The notes under the pieces: generated by a model | The model's database searches: none | What the model was told of the DNA's origin: nothing | What the model saw: only the letters and a program-made list of their open reading frames with translations | Shown here: piece after piece, positions 14,667-23,999 of the stretch | Layout: each line of letters begins with the position of its first letter | How positions within the stretch are numbered: position 1 is the stretch's first letter | Position numbers and translations under genes: made by a program | DNA from: a virus | Length of the DNA stretch: 33,775 nt | IMG/VR virus record: IMGVR_UViG_3300045988_077922 | Location: 1 to 33,775 of that record | Direction: 5' to 3' (one strand)

Positions 14667-15848
14667 ATGCCGAAGATTTTCCACACCCGCTCCATGAGCT
14701 ACAAGAACCTCATGGAGCTGAAGAACGACAAGATTGACAAGGCAGAGAAGATTCTAGCCGACGCGGAGATGAACAAGCGCGAGCTGACCGAGGACGAAGC
14801 CGAAGAGCTTGCGGAAATCCGCGACGATGTGAAGCGCATCAAGGAAGCGCTCAAGATCGGTGACGAGCTTGACGATTCCAAGGACAAGAAGCAGAAGCAG
14901 GAGCCTGCACCAGATGGCGGCGAGCCGAAGCCGACTCAGGAGCAGCAGGAAACCCGCGCCTTCGAGAACTTCATCCGTGGCCGCGTGATGCACGAGCGCG
15001 CTGGCGAGCTGACCAAGACCGACAACGGCGCGGTCATCCCCACCACCATCGCGCAGCAGATCATCAAGAAGGTCTACGACGTCTCGCCGATTCTGGAGAA
15101 GTCCCAGAAGTACAACGTAAAGGGCAAGCTCCAGATTCCGTACTACGACACCACGGCTGGCGGCATCACCGTCGCGTATGCCGACGAGTTCAAGCCGCTG
15201 ACCTCTTCCAACGGCAAGTTCAAGAACATCGAGCTCGACGGCTTCCTTGCTGGTGCGCTTTCCAAGATCAGCAACTCTCTTATCAACAACTCCCAGTTCG
15301 ACATCGTTTCCTTCGTTGTCAACCAGATGGGCGAGGACATCGCACGCTTCATCGAGCACGAGCTTCTCATCGGCACCACTGGCAAGGTCGAGGGCCTTTC
15401 CAAGCTCACCAACGCCGTGACCGCAGCGGCTGCTAACGCAATCACCGCCAACGAGGTTGTGAAGCTGAAGGATTCCATCAAGGACGCTTTCCAGGACAAC
15501 GCGATTTGGGTTATGTCCCCCGCGACCCGCACGGCGCTCCGACTGCTGAAGGGTTCCGACGGCCATTACCTGCTCAACGATGACATCTCTTCCCCGTTCG
15601 GCACCGTCCTTCTCGGCAAGCCCGTGTACGTGTCCGACAACATGCCCGATATCGCTGTCGGCAAGACCGTCATCTACTACGGCGACATGACTGGACTCGC
15701 GACGAAGTTCTCCGAGAACATCATGACTGAGGTGCTGCGCGAGAAGTACGCAGACGAGCACGCCACGGGCGTTATCTCCTGGTTCGAGTTCGACTCCAAG
15801 GTTCAGAACGCCCAGAAGCTCGCCAAGCTGGTGATGGCCAGTGTATAA
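14667..15848 (+). CDS. Major capsid protein (HK97 fold) with an N-terminal scaffold-like delta domain
   Basis: The product is 393 aa and follows the protease. A coiled, charged N-terminus is followed by ...AVIPTTIAQQIIKKV... Confidence 0.85.
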   Translation: MPKIFHTRSMSYKNLMELKNDKIDKAEKILADAEMNKRELTEDEAEELAEIRDDVKRIKEALKIGDELDDSKDKKQKQEPAPDGGEPKPTQEQQETRAFENFIRGRVMHERAGELTKTDNGAVIPTTIAQQIIKKVYDVSPILEKSQKYNVKGKLQIPYYDTTAGGITVAYADEFKPLTSSNGKFKNIELDGFLAGALSKISNSLINNSQFDIVSFVVNQMGEDIARFIEHELLIGTTGKVEGLSKLTNAVTAAAANAITANEVVKLKDSIKDAFQDNAIWVMSPATRTALRLLKGSDGHYLLNDDISSPFGTVLLGKPVYVSDNMPDIAVGKTVIYYGDMTGLATKFSENIMTEVLREKYADEHATGVISWFEFDSKVQNAQKLAKLVMASV

Positions 15849-16017
15849 GGCGCTGAAGTCTTTCAGCGGCGCAATCTCGATGCACGAGGGCGAGACGCGC
15901 GAGATTGACAACGCCGAAATCGTTGCCGACCTGCTGAAGGCTGGCTATATCGAAGAGGTGAAGCCCAAGCGCGGCAGGAGCACCAAGAAGTCTGTGGAGC
16001 AGAATCCCCAAGAGTAA
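15841..16017 (+). CDS. Small conserved head-module protein (58 aa, GTG start)
   Basis: Hand translation gives VYKALKSFSGAISMHEGETREIDNAEIVADLLKAGYIEEVKPKRGRSTKKSVEQNPQE*. It overlaps the MCP stop. Confidence 0.5.
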   Translation: MYKALKSFSGAISMHEGETREIDNAEIVADLLKAGYIEEVKPKRGRSTKKSVEQNPQE

Positions 16018-16029
16018 GGGGGAAACGAC

Positions 16030-16356
16030 ATGAACCAGATTGCGAAAGTCTCGGAGGTCACTTCGACCAACCTTGCGGAATATCTGCGGGTCGGCGAGGT
16101 GACAGCTTCCGAGGAAGGGTTCCTGAGCACGATTATCGGCGCGGCAATCGCGTACATGTGCAAGTACACGGGGCTTACGGAGGAGCAGCTGGACGAATCC
16201 AGCGACCTCGTTATCGCCCTGCTCGTCTTGTGTCAGGACATGTACGACAACCGCACCCTGTATGTCGATTCCGCGCACGTCAATCTGACGGTGCAGAGCA
16301 TCCTCGACATGCACTCCGTGAACCTTCTGCCGTCGGCGGTGAAGCAAGATGATTAA
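16030..16356 (+). CDS. Head-tail connector (gp6-like)
   Basis: NLAEYLRVGE...EEGFLSTIIGAAIAYMCKYTGLTEEQL...LVLCQDMYDNR fits the family pattern. Confidence 0.75.
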   Translation: MNQIAKVSEVTSTNLAEYLRVGEVTASEEGFLSTIIGAAIAYMCKYTGLTEEQLDESSDLVIALLVLCQDMYDNRTLYVDSAHVNLTVQSILDMHSVNLLPSAVKQDD

Positions 16357-16678
16357 CGCGGGGAAGTACAACCATCGCATTCAGATCGTCAAGCCGAAGG
16401 TATCGCACGACGCAGAGGGTTTCCCGACCACGGTTGACGAACCAATCCTCGAAGCCTACGCGAACGTGAGAACGACGAGCGGGTACACGCTCATAAAGAG
16501 CGGCACGAGCTTCGAAGCGGCAACGACGAACTTCACTATCCGCTACCCGCTCGAAACCAAGATCGACCGAGATATGGTCGTTCTGTTCGACGGAAGGCGC
16601 TACGAGGTTCAGTACCTGAACAACGTCAACTACGCCAACGTAGAGTTGGAGATACAGGCGAAGGAGGTGACGCACTGA
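16349..16678 (+). CDS. Head closure / head-tail adaptor protein
   Basis: GKYNHRIQIVKP...DAEGFPT...LEAYANVRTTSG...FTIRYP...DMVVLFDGRRYEV fits the family pattern. Confidence 0.75.
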   Translation: MINAGKYNHRIQIVKPKVSHDAEGFPTTVDEPILEAYANVRTTSGYTLIKSGTSFEAATTNFTIRYPLETKIDRDMVVLFDGRRYEVQYLNNVNYANVELEIQAKEVTH

Positions 16679-17097
16679 TGGCAACATTCGAAGAACAGCT
16701 CCCGACCGAGCTTATGGAGCAGTTCGAGCTCATCGACAAGAACACCGAAACGATGCTCAAGGAGATGACGCGCGAGGGGGCGAAGAAGGTTCTGGCGAAC
16801 GTCAAGGCCAACGTCCCGTCGAGCTTCGGAAAGTCGGGCATCATGAAGTGCCTGAAGCTGACCCGCTCGTACAAGACGCCATCAGATGACGGCGTTGCCA
16901 CCAAGGTCGCGTTCTATGGCTACTTCAACAACGATGATGGGAAGAGGACGCCCGCGCCTTTGGTCTGCAACCTGTTCGAGTACGGGCGCAGCAATTCGCC
17001 GTACCCTCGGCATCCGTTCATGCGCCGCAGCTTCGTGAGCAGCGAGATCGAATCGGCGATGAAAAAGGTGCAGGACAAGTACCTGCCGAAGGGGTGA
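16678..17097 (+). CDS. HK97 gp10-family tail-component protein
   Basis: Based on position and the pattern ...LFEYGRSNSPYPRHPFMRRSF. Confidence 0.7.
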   Translation: MATFEEQLPTELMEQFELIDKNTETMLKEMTREGAKKVLANVKANVPSSFGKSGIMKCLKLTRSYKTPSDDGVATKVAFYGYFNNDDGKRTPAPLVCNLFEYGRSNSPYPRHPFMRRSFVSSEIESAMKKVQDKYLPKG

Positions 17098-17101
17098 GCC
17101 G

Positions 17102-17449
17102 ATGAACGCTGAAATCGTCAAGATTTTCGACGGCTTCACCGTCAACGGCAAAGAGGTTCCCGTGCGGTTCATGACCTACGAGGGACATGGCGAGCCTTAC
17201 GTCATTTTCAGCCGCGAGTACGACGATAGCTCTTATGCTGGGGACGATTCGATTCTCGGCTACGTCACGTATTACGACTTCGACGTGTACAGCAAGGGGA
17301 ACTTCACCGAGCTTGTGGAAGCGGTGAAAGACAAGATGAAAAACGCTGGCTGGACATGGCAGGTATCGCGCTCGTCTTCCGACATGTACGAGGACGATAC
17401 TGGCTACTTCCATGTCACGCTCAGTTTTGCGAAAGAAAGAGGGATTTAG
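17102..17449 (+). CDS. Tail terminator / neck protein (by position)
   Basis: A 115-aa ORF lying between the gp10-like protein and the major tail protein. Confidence 0.5.
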   Translation: MNAEIVKIFDGFTVNGKEVPVRFMTYEGHGEPYVIFSREYDDSSYAGDDSILGYVTYYDFDVYSKGNFTELVEAVKDKMKNAGWTWQVSRSSSDMYEDDTGYFHVTLSFAKERGI

Positions 17450-18019
17450 ATGGCTAAAATCGGCCTTACCAACATCTGGTGGGCGAAGCTCACCGAAGCC
17501 GAGGACGGAGCACCTACCTATGATGGCGCGAAGTCTTTCGGCAAGGCGGTTTCCTGCAAGGTTTCCGTTACCAACAACGATGCGACGCTCTACGCCGAGG
17601 ACGCTCTCGCGGAATCCGATAAGAGCTTCAACAGCGCGTCCGTGACGCTCGGCGTTGCCGACGATGACGATACTATTTTCGCGCCTATCCTCGGTCACAC
17701 CGTAACGGACGGCCTGGAAGGCAAGGGCGATATGGTGCGCAACGCGAACGACGTTGCCCCATACATCGGCCTGGGCCGTGTTATCACCAAGATGGTCAAC
17801 GGCGCTTTGAAGTACAAGGCCGAGTTCCTGTACAAGGTCAAATTCTCGGAGCCGTCTCAGGAAGACCAGACGAAGGGCGAGAAGGTTGACTTCAAAACGC
17901 CTGAAATCGAGGGGTCTGCGGCGAGCCTTGCGAACGGAAACTGGTCTGCGGCGCAGACGTTCGACACCAAGGATGCAGCCGTCGCCTGGGTCAAGGACAA
18001 GCTCAAGGCAACGGAATAA
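17450..18019 (+). CDS. Major tail protein (phi13-family-like)
   Basis: The N-terminus MAKIGLTNIWWAKLTEAEDGAPTYDGAKSFGKAVSCKVSVTNNDATLYAEDALAE, together with position, supports the call. Confidence 0.8.
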   Translation: MAKIGLTNIWWAKLTEAEDGAPTYDGAKSFGKAVSCKVSVTNNDATLYAEDALAESDKSFNSASVTLGVADDDDTIFAPILGHTVTDGLEGKGDMVRNANDVAPYIGLGRVITKMVNGALKYKAEFLYKVKFSEPSQEDQTKGEKVDFKTPEIEGSAASLANGNWSAAQTFDTKDAAVAWVKDKLKATE

Positions 18020-18040
18020 TAGCTGGAACATATGTGCGAT

Positions 18041-18076
18041 AATGGGTCATGGCAATCGCCGTGGCCCATTGTTTTA
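18041..18076 (+). terminator. Terminator-like hairpin after the major tail protein gene (probable attenuator)
   Basis: Stem AATGGGTCA, 12-nt loop, stem TGGCCCATT, followed by GTTTTAA. Confidence 0.5.
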
Positions 18077-18092
18077 AGGAGGAAGGAACGAA

Positions 18093-18440
18093 ATGAAAAA
18101 CAAGTTGCAGGAGATCGAGCACAACGGCAAGACGTACAAGCTCGCCTTCGACCTCAACGTTATGGAAGCCATTCAGGACGAGTACGGGAGCATCGAAGCA
18201 TGGGGCAAGCTTGTTGAGCCTGAAGATGGAGAGCCTAGCATCAAGGCGCTCGTCTTCGGAGCCACGCAGATGATTAACGAGGGCATTGAAATCTCAAACG
18301 ACGAGGACGGCACCGACGAGAAGCTGCTGAGCCATCGCAAGGTTGCGCGAATCCTCACGGAGGTCGGGCTTGAATCCGTGACGAGCAAGGTGCAGCAGAC
18401 GGTGGTCGATTCCGCCGCAGATGATTCAAAAAACGCATAG
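18093..18440 (+). CDS. Tail assembly chaperone (gpG analogue)
   Basis: A 115-aa acidic protein lying between the MTP and TMP genes. Confidence 0.8.
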   Translation: MKNKLQEIEHNGKTYKLAFDLNVMEAIQDEYGSIEAWGKLVEPEDGEPSIKALVFGATQMINEGIEISNDEDGTDEKLLSHRKVARILTEVGLESVTSKVQQTVVDSAADDSKNA

Positions 18441-18685
18441 TCCACGACGAAGACGTGATTTTTGATTACGACCCGACTATTAACTTCTCGTGGTACTACT
18501 TCATCGGGCGGACGCGCTTGGGGCTTTCGTCCGACAAGGAAGTCGGGAGACTGACGCTCAGACGGTTTCGGGCGCTTTACCAAGCGTACAAGGACACGTT
18601 CGACATCGAGACGCGGCTGAGGGCGAGCGGGTCAACGTATGCAAAGCTCGAAGCGCAGTCCATGAGCGACGAGGAATGGTTCTAA
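18093..18685 (+). CDS. Tail assembly chaperone -1 frameshift product (gpGT analogue)
   Basis: The slippery heptamer A_AAA_AAC at 18428-18434 is in the correct phase. The -1 frame is open from there to TAA 18683-18685, the same frame as track ORF 18455..18685. Confidence 0.75.
18428..18434 (+). promoter_or_regulatory. -1 programmed ribosomal frameshift slippery site
   Basis: The zero-frame codons tcA AAA AAC gca tag give X_XXY_YYZ = A_AAA_AAC, located 4 nt before the stop. Confidence 0.75.
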
Positions 18686-18701
18686 CCAAGGGGGTGGTTA
18701 T

Positions 18702-21119
18702 ATGGCAAGTTTCGGTGGCGCGGTCAAGCTGACTGGCGAGAGCGAGTACCGCGCCGCGTTGCGCAACATCTCGCAGAGATTGAAGGAAGTTTCGTCCGAG
18801 CTGAAGCTCGTGTCATCGCAGTACGACAAGAACGACACGAGCATCGAAGCGCTGACCGCAAAGCAGACGGCGCTGACCCATCGGCTCGAAGAGCAGAAGG
18901 CGAAGCTTTCCACGCTGCGCGAGCAGTATGCGAAGATGGGCAGCGAGTACCAGCAAAGCAAGGAAAAGCACGAGCAGCTGATAGCTTCGTACAGCCGCGA
19001 GAAGTCCGAGCTGGAACGCATCGGGCGCGAGCTTGGAACGACCTCGCCTGAGTACAAGAAGCAGGCTGAAGTGGTCGCAAAGCTCAAAGAGCAAGTGGAA
19101 AAATCGACCACGGCTAACGACCAGAACGAGCGCTCAATGTCGCGTATGCGCATGCAGATGAACAACGCGCAGGCGGACATCAACAAAACATCGAGCGAAA
19201 TCAAAGACCTCGAATCGCAGATGGGCAAGTCCGCAACTTCAAGCGGCAAGCTCGGCGAATCGGTCGAGGACGCTGGGGAGAAGGCGCGCAGAGCTGAGGG
19301 AGGGTTCACCGTCCTGAAGGGCGCTATCGCCAACCTCGCTGGCAACATCCTCACGTCGGCAATCAACGGCATCCAGAACCTTGCGGGCGAAGCCATCAAC
19401 TCCGCCGATGCTCTGAAGAAGTTCGAATCGACCATGAGCTTTGCTGGCTACGACGATTCGACAATCTCCAAAGCCAAGGATGACATGAATGAGTACGCTG
19501 ATAAGACGGTGTACGACCTCGACACGGTTGCCAACACCACAGCGCAGTTGGCGGCTAACGGCATCCAGGACTACACGGGTCTGACGCAGGCCGCTGGCAA
19601 CCTCAACGCCGTCGCTGGCGGCAACGCCGAGACTTTCAAGAGCGTCGCGATGGTTATGACGCAGACGGCTGGCGCTGGCAAGCTCACGACGGAGAACTGG
19701 AACCAACTCGCGGACGCAATCCCTGGCGCGTCTGGCAAGCTGCAAGAAGCGTTGCAGAAAAACGGCGCTTACACGGGCAACTTCCGCGACGCGATGGAGA
19801 AGGGCCAAATCACAGCCGACGAGTTCAACCAAGCCATCATGGATTTGGGCTTCACCGACGCGGCGCAGCAGGCCGCTACCTCCACGTCCACGTTCGATGG
19901 CGCTATGGGGAACATGCAGGCGGCTGTCGTTGACGGCCTCATGCAGATCTACGACGCTATCGGCTCCGAGAACGTGACGGGCTTCATCAACGGCATCGCC
20001 GATGCTGTGTCGGCCGTTATTCCTCCCATCAGGGACGGCATCTCGTGGCTGAGGGACAATCTTCCGACGATCGCCCCGCTTCTAGCGGCCATCGCTGGCG
20101 CGATTGGCGGCTTGCTTGTGGCTGAGAAGATAACGGCGTTTGTCACGGCGTTCAGCGCATGGAAGACCGCCACGGAAGGAGTGGCAATCGCGCAACAGCT
20201 TCTCAATGTGATCATGTCAGCCAACCCGCTGGGAATCGTCCTGACCCTGGTAGGAGCATTGGTCGCTGCAATAGTCGTGCTTTGGAACACGAACGAAGGT
20301 TTCCGAGAAGCTGTCATGAACGCGTGGCAGGGCATCCAGGACTTCGTTGGCAATGCGATTCAGGCAATCGTGGACTTCTTCACGAACCTCGACACAACAA
20401 TCTCGCAGCTACCGCAGATGTTCGCCGACTGGCTGAACAGCGTCATCGCCACGGTTACCGAATGGGTGGCGAACATGGCATCAAGCGCCGCGAGTGCTGG
20501 CTCGCAGTTCCTGAGCAACGCAATCAACTTCGTCTCGCAGCTGCCAGGGCGTATCGCAAGTTTCCTAGGCAACGTCATCTCGAACCTCGGCTCGTGGGCA
20601 TCGAACATGGCGAGCAGGGGCGCGGAGGGCGCAATGAACATGTTCAACGCGGTGGTCAACGGGCTGGCGTCGCTGCCTGGGCACGTGCTCAGCATCGGAT
20701 CCGACATCGTGCGCGGCATCTGGGACGGCATCAGCGGTGCTGCTGGATGGCTGGCCGACAAGGTGACGAGCTTCGCAAACGGCATCTTGGATGGCATCAA
20801 AAACACGCTCGGCATCCACTCGCCTTCGCGAGTGTTCCGCGATCAAGTCGGCAAGTACATCGCCCAGGGCATCGGCGAGGGCTTCACCGACGAGATGGGC
20901 AGCGTTGTCGGTCAGATGCAGGATGCCATGCCAGACCCTTCGGCGTTCGTGAGCGACCAGCAGATTGCGTACAGCGGCTATTCCGCAGCTGGGATGGTCG
21001 CTAATTCCAGCGTCGTTGACGCTGTTATCGAAGCCCTCGGGCGCGTCCATATCGTGCTCGATGACGAGGTGGCAGGCAAGTTCGTTGAGCGCACGGTCAC
21101 GAACGCGATTTACGCATAG
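18702..21119 (+). CDS. Tape measure protein
   Basis: The product is 805 aa with a coiled-coil N-terminus and hydrophobic central segments. It follows the chaperone genes. Confidence 0.9.
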   Translation: MASFGGAVKLTGESEYRAALRNISQRLKEVSSELKLVSSQYDKNDTSIEALTAKQTALTHRLEEQKAKLSTLREQYAKMGSEYQQSKEKHEQLIASYSREKSELERIGRELGTTSPEYKKQAEVVAKLKEQVEKSTTANDQNERSMSRMRMQMNNAQADINKTSSEIKDLESQMGKSATSSGKLGESVEDAGEKARRAEGGFTVLKGAIANLAGNILTSAINGIQNLAGEAINSADALKKFESTMSFAGYDDSTISKAKDDMNEYADKTVYDLDTVANTTAQLAANGIQDYTGLTQAAGNLNAVAGGNAETFKSVAMVMTQTAGAGKLTTENWNQLADAIPGASGKLQEALQKNGAYTGNFRDAMEKGQITADEFNQAIMDLGFTDAAQQAATSTSTFDGAMGNMQAAVVDGLMQIYDAIGSENVTGFINGIADAVSAVIPPIRDGISWLRDNLPTIAPLLAAIAGAIGGLLVAEKITAFVTAFSAWKTATEGVAIAQQLLNVIMSANPLGIVLTLVGALVAAIVVLWNTNEGFREAVMNAWQGIQDFVGNAIQAIVDFFTNLDTTISQLPQMFADWLNSVIATVTEWVANMASSAASAGSQFLSNAINFVSQLPGRIASFLGNVISNLGSWASNMASRGAEGAMNMFNAVVNGLASLPGHVLSIGSDIVRGIWDGISGAAGWLADKVTSFANGILDGIKNTLGIHSPSRVFRDQVGKYIAQGIGEGFTDEMGSVVGQMQDAMPDPSAFVSDQQIAYSGYSAAGMVANSSVVDAVIEALGRVHIVLDDEVAGKFVERTVTNAIYA

Positions 21120-21130
21120 GAGGTGTTTAT

Positions 21131-22201
21131 ATGGTTAATTACATTGAGCTGAACGGCGAGAAGAGCACGAGCGTCAAGGGACTGATAATCCAGTCCCTAC
21201 CGCCGATTACGAAACCGAATATGCGCACGAGCAACGCGACAATCGACGGGCGCGACGGCGATATAGTAACGAAGCTTGGATACGCTGCCTACGACAAGCA
21301 GCTGAGCATCGGCCTTCACGGTGACTTCGACATCGACGATGCAATCGCCTTCTTCGATTCTGAGGGCGAGGTCGTGTTCGGCAACGAACCTGACAAGTAC
21401 TACCGTTATCAGATTCTCGAGCAAATCGACTTCGAACGCCTGGTGAGGTTCCGAACGGCGAAGGTCAAGATGCACGTTCAGCCTTTCAAGCACGACGCGG
21501 TGGACAGGACTTTCGACATCGTGAACCAGCTCTTGCACGTCCAAGATTCGACGGCTGGCAAGTTCGGCATAACGGTCACTTCGAGCAACGGCAGCATCAG
21601 GGTTGCGGGCAAGGCAACGAGCGATGTCGATATAAAGGTTCCAATCGAGAGCATGTCGCTTTCTGGCGGCTACACCCTGACCGCTTCGGCTAGCGGCAGC
21701 GCTGCCGGATGCGCGCTAAGGCTTATCGACGGCTCACCGTCCAGGTCTTTCGGCGGCTCGTACATGGAGCTTAAGAGCGACGGCGATTCGACCATGACCG
21801 CAACGGCTGATTCGAACGACGAGTACGATGCGCTGTGGCTCGACATCAAGGCTGGAACTTCGGTGAACTTCACGCTGAGCGTCACAATGGCGAGCGACAG
21901 CTTCAACCGAATCGCACTGACGAATCGCGGGAACGTCGTGTCAAGGCCGACCGTCACGGTGTACGGCAGCGGCAATGTCGAGCTGGCAATCAACGCGGTT
22001 ACCGTGCTGTCGTTCTCAATCGAAGGCGGCAGTATCACGATAGATGCTGAGGAAATGAACGCGTACCATGGCGATACCCTGATGAACCGACACGTTACGG
22101 GCGATTATGCAGACCTCGCTCTTAAAGTCGGCGAGAACGTCATATCATGGAACGGTGACGTTACAGGAATCAAGGTCGAAGATTTTTCGAGGTGGATATG
22201 A
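21131..22201 (+). CDS. Distal tail protein (Dit) with a C-terminal extension
   Basis: The N-terminus ...NGEKSTSVKGLIIQSLPPITKPNMRTSNATIDGRDGDIV...NEPDKYYRYQI...VKMHVQPFKH matches the siphovirus tail-family pattern. Confidence 0.8.
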   Translation: MVNYIELNGEKSTSVKGLIIQSLPPITKPNMRTSNATIDGRDGDIVTKLGYAAYDKQLSIGLHGDFDIDDAIAFFDSEGEVVFGNEPDKYYRYQILEQIDFERLVRFRTAKVKMHVQPFKHDAVDRTFDIVNQLLHVQDSTAGKFGITVTSSNGSIRVAGKATSDVDIKVPIESMSLSGGYTLTASASGSAAGCALRLIDGSPSRSFGGSYMELKSDGDSTMTATADSNDEYDALWLDIKAGTSVNFTLSVTMASDSFNRIALTNRGNVVSRPTVTVYGSGNVELAINAVTVLSFSIEGGSITIDAEEMNAYHGDTLMNRHVTGDYADLALKVGENVISWNGDVTGIKVEDFSRWI

Positions 22202-22554
22202 TGCGGACTAATTTCACTATGGAAGACAAGTACATACGCATGACGCGCGGCGATACCCTTTCCTTCAGTGTGCAGGTCTACGACGAAGAGGGAGCGCCTT
22301 TCGGGCAGGATTTGGAGCGAGCCAATTTCACCTGCAAGTCCAATCGCAGCGACAACCGATTCCTTTTCAAAAAGTCGCTTTTAGACGGCGTTTCCAAGGT
22401 CGGGCAAGGTGCGTACACCGTGCGGGTAGCTCCGAGCGACACGGCAAACGCCAAGCCTGGGAAATACTTCTACGACTTCGAAATCGGCTGCAACGGCGAC
22501 GTGCTCACGGTCATGCGCGGTGTAATTGAGATAATGCAGGACGTCACTTTCTAG
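22198..22554 (+). CDS. Small Ig-like / BppU_N-like tail accessory protein
   Basis: An ATGA overlap links it to Dit. The product is ...IRMTRGDTLSFSVQVYDEEGAPFGQDL...YTVRVAPSDTANAKPGKYFYDFEI...GVIEI. Confidence 0.5.
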   Translation: MMRTNFTMEDKYIRMTRGDTLSFSVQVYDEEGAPFGQDLERANFTCKSNRSDNRFLFKKSLLDGVSKVGQGAYTVRVAPSDTANAKPGKYFYDFEIGCNGDVLTVMRGVIEIMQDVTF

Positions 22555-22562
22555 GGGGGGGG
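22554..22562 (+). repeat. Poly-G (G9) homopolymer in the RBS region of the next gene
   Basis: The sequence is ctaGGGGGGGGGcgataaaATG. The tract begins at the last base of the upstream TAG stop. Confidence 0.9.
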
Positions 22563-22569
22563 CGATAAA

Positions 22570-22914
22570 ATGGCGAAGATAGACGAGAACGTTAAGGTCA
22601 TGCTGCTGAAGGGCGAAGCTGGAGCGAGCATAAAGTCAATCGACAAGACCTCTTCGGACGGCCTTATAGATACGTACACCGTCAAGATGACGGACGGTGC
22701 TAAGAGCAGTTTCTACGTCACGAACGGCCGCGACGGAGAGAAGGGCGAGAAAGGCGATACGGGGAACACGGTATCGGTTCCAGTGTCGGGGCTTTTCAAC
22801 ATGGGGGTCGATTCTGACGGCAATTTATGGGTCTACCATTCGGACTCGGACAAGGTGCCAGATTTCGAATACGATTCATCGACTGGCAACTTATACTATG
22901 TGACAAAGGGGTGA
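22570..22914 (+). CDS. Small fibre-like protein with a short collagen-like Gly-X-Y run
   Basis: GRDGEKGEKGDTG is present. The N-terminal module IKSIDKTSSDGLIDTYTVKMTDG..SFYVTNG is shared with the next gene. Confidence 0.6.
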   Translation: MAKIDENVKVMLLKGEAGASIKSIDKTSSDGLIDTYTVKMTDGAKSSFYVTNGRDGEKGEKGDTGNTVSVPVSGLFNMGVDSDGNLWVYHSDSDKVPDFEYDSSTGNLYYVTKG

Positions 22915-22918
22915 TGAT

Positions 22919-23509
22919 ATGGCAAAGACACTAATCGGCAACATCAAGGGAAAGAACGGGCGAGGAATCACCAGCATCAAAAAGACTGGCACGACTGGCT
23001 CTGTCGATACCTACACAATCACGTACACCGACTATACCACGAGCACTTTCACTATCAACAACTCAGACAGCATTTCGCTTCAGCGCCAAATCGTCCCGAG
23101 CGCGGCGGTAGAATCTTCGGCTACCGCTTCGCAGGCGTACGCAGTAGGCGATTACGTTGTCGTTAGCGGCGTACTGCGCAAGGTGACGGCTTCAATTGCC
23201 AAGGGCAACGTCATCTCAGATTCCAACTCGATCGCTACGACGGTCGGTGGAGAGCTTGAAGGCATCGGGCCCACGCTTAAACACACTACGCTGAATCTCG
23301 TGAACAACCTTACCGTTGGAACAGGCGGCAGAGATTTTAACGTTACGTGGCCCGTGGACTTTTCGAGAATCAAGCACGTGACTTGCAGGTACTCGGCCGT
23401 TGCTAAAACGGCGGTTCTCGTTGTCTCGAATTGGGATGAGAACACGGTCTTGCTACGCGCTACCGTGCCGCAGGAATATAACATCACGTTGGAAATACTA
23501 TACGTTTAG
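22919..23509 (+). CDS. Fibre / tail-spike-like protein (paralogous N-terminus to the 22570 ORF)
   Basis: ITSIKKTGTTGSVDTYTITYTDYTTSTFTINN is followed by ...QAYAVGDYVVVSGVLRKVTASIAKGNVI. Confidence 0.6.
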   Translation: MAKTLIGNIKGKNGRGITSIKKTGTTGSVDTYTITYTDYTTSTFTINNSDSISLQRQIVPSAAVESSATASQAYAVGDYVVVSGVLRKVTASIAKGNVISDSNSIATTVGGELEGIGPTLKHTTLNLVNNLTVGTGGRDFNVTWPVDFSRIKHVTCRYSAVAKTAVLVVSNWDENTVLLRATVPQEYNITLEILYV

Positions 23510-23533
23510 CGTATGAGATGAAGGAGAAGAAGC

Positions 23534-23854
23534 ATGTCGAAGACAATGAAATTCGCAGACGGCAAGACCCACGACTTCACGGATTCGAGCACCGCTCTCG
23601 ATTGCGTGGCGGTCGTGCAGACCTTCGCGGAGCTTGACGCAATCCGCGCAGAGTTCACCGAGGACAACCTGAAGGGCGCGGAGTTCGACGGCGCTGTCGC
23701 ACAGCATCTCGTGCCCGTCTCCGTGAAGGCCGAGACTGACGGCGAGAACGTCGTTGTCCATTTCACCAACCGCGTGAAGGAACAGGACGAAATCAACGCC
23801 GAGCAGATCAGCGAGCTGCAGGAAGCTCTCGCGGCCATCGTGGAAGGGGCATAA
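23534..23854 (+). CDS. Hypothetical tail-module protein
   Basis: A 106-aa acidic ORF preceded by RBS gaaggaga. Confidence 0.55.
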   Translation: MSKTMKFADGKTHDFTDSSTALDCVAVVQTFAELDAIRAEFTEDNLKGAEFDGAVAQHLVPVSVKAETDGENVVVHFTNRVKEQDEINAEQISELQEALAAIVEGA

Positions 23855-23855
23855 A

Positions 23856-23975
23856 ATGGGTTACATCTACGCGCGTCTCATTTACAAGGGACTCAGGACG
23901 TTCGACAGCGTACCGAAGAAGTACCAAGCAGCCACCAAGGCGGCTTATAAGGACATTTACGGCATCGAGCTTTAG
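23856..23975 (+). CDS. XkdX-like small protein (39 aa)
   Basis: Hand translation gives MGYIYARLIYKGLRTFDSVPKKYQAATKAAYKDIYGIEL*. Size and position are typical of XkdX-family genes in fibre clusters. Confidence 0.45.
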   Translation: MGYIYARLIYKGLRTFDSVPKKYQAATKAAYKDIYGIEL

Positions 23976-23999
23976 AGCCGTAGAGAGATTGAACGCTCA

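Noticed and set aside
14754-15911. Long antisense ORFs lie opposite well-supported genes: 14754..15911, 17018..18031, 2504..3325, 9056..9676, 18698..19435, 12202..12774 and 15772..16380 (all - strand).
   Set aside because: They lie exactly opposite genes with clear family motifs. Their products are low-complexity (Arg/Leu/Val/Ala-rich) with no motifs or RBS. This is the expected by-product of G+C-rich codon bias.
22729-22770. A collagen-like Gly-X-Y run, suggesting a collagen triple-helix protein.
   Set aside because: Only about four triplets (GRDGEKGEKGDTG) are present. This is enough to note as fibre-like but too short to call a collagen domain.
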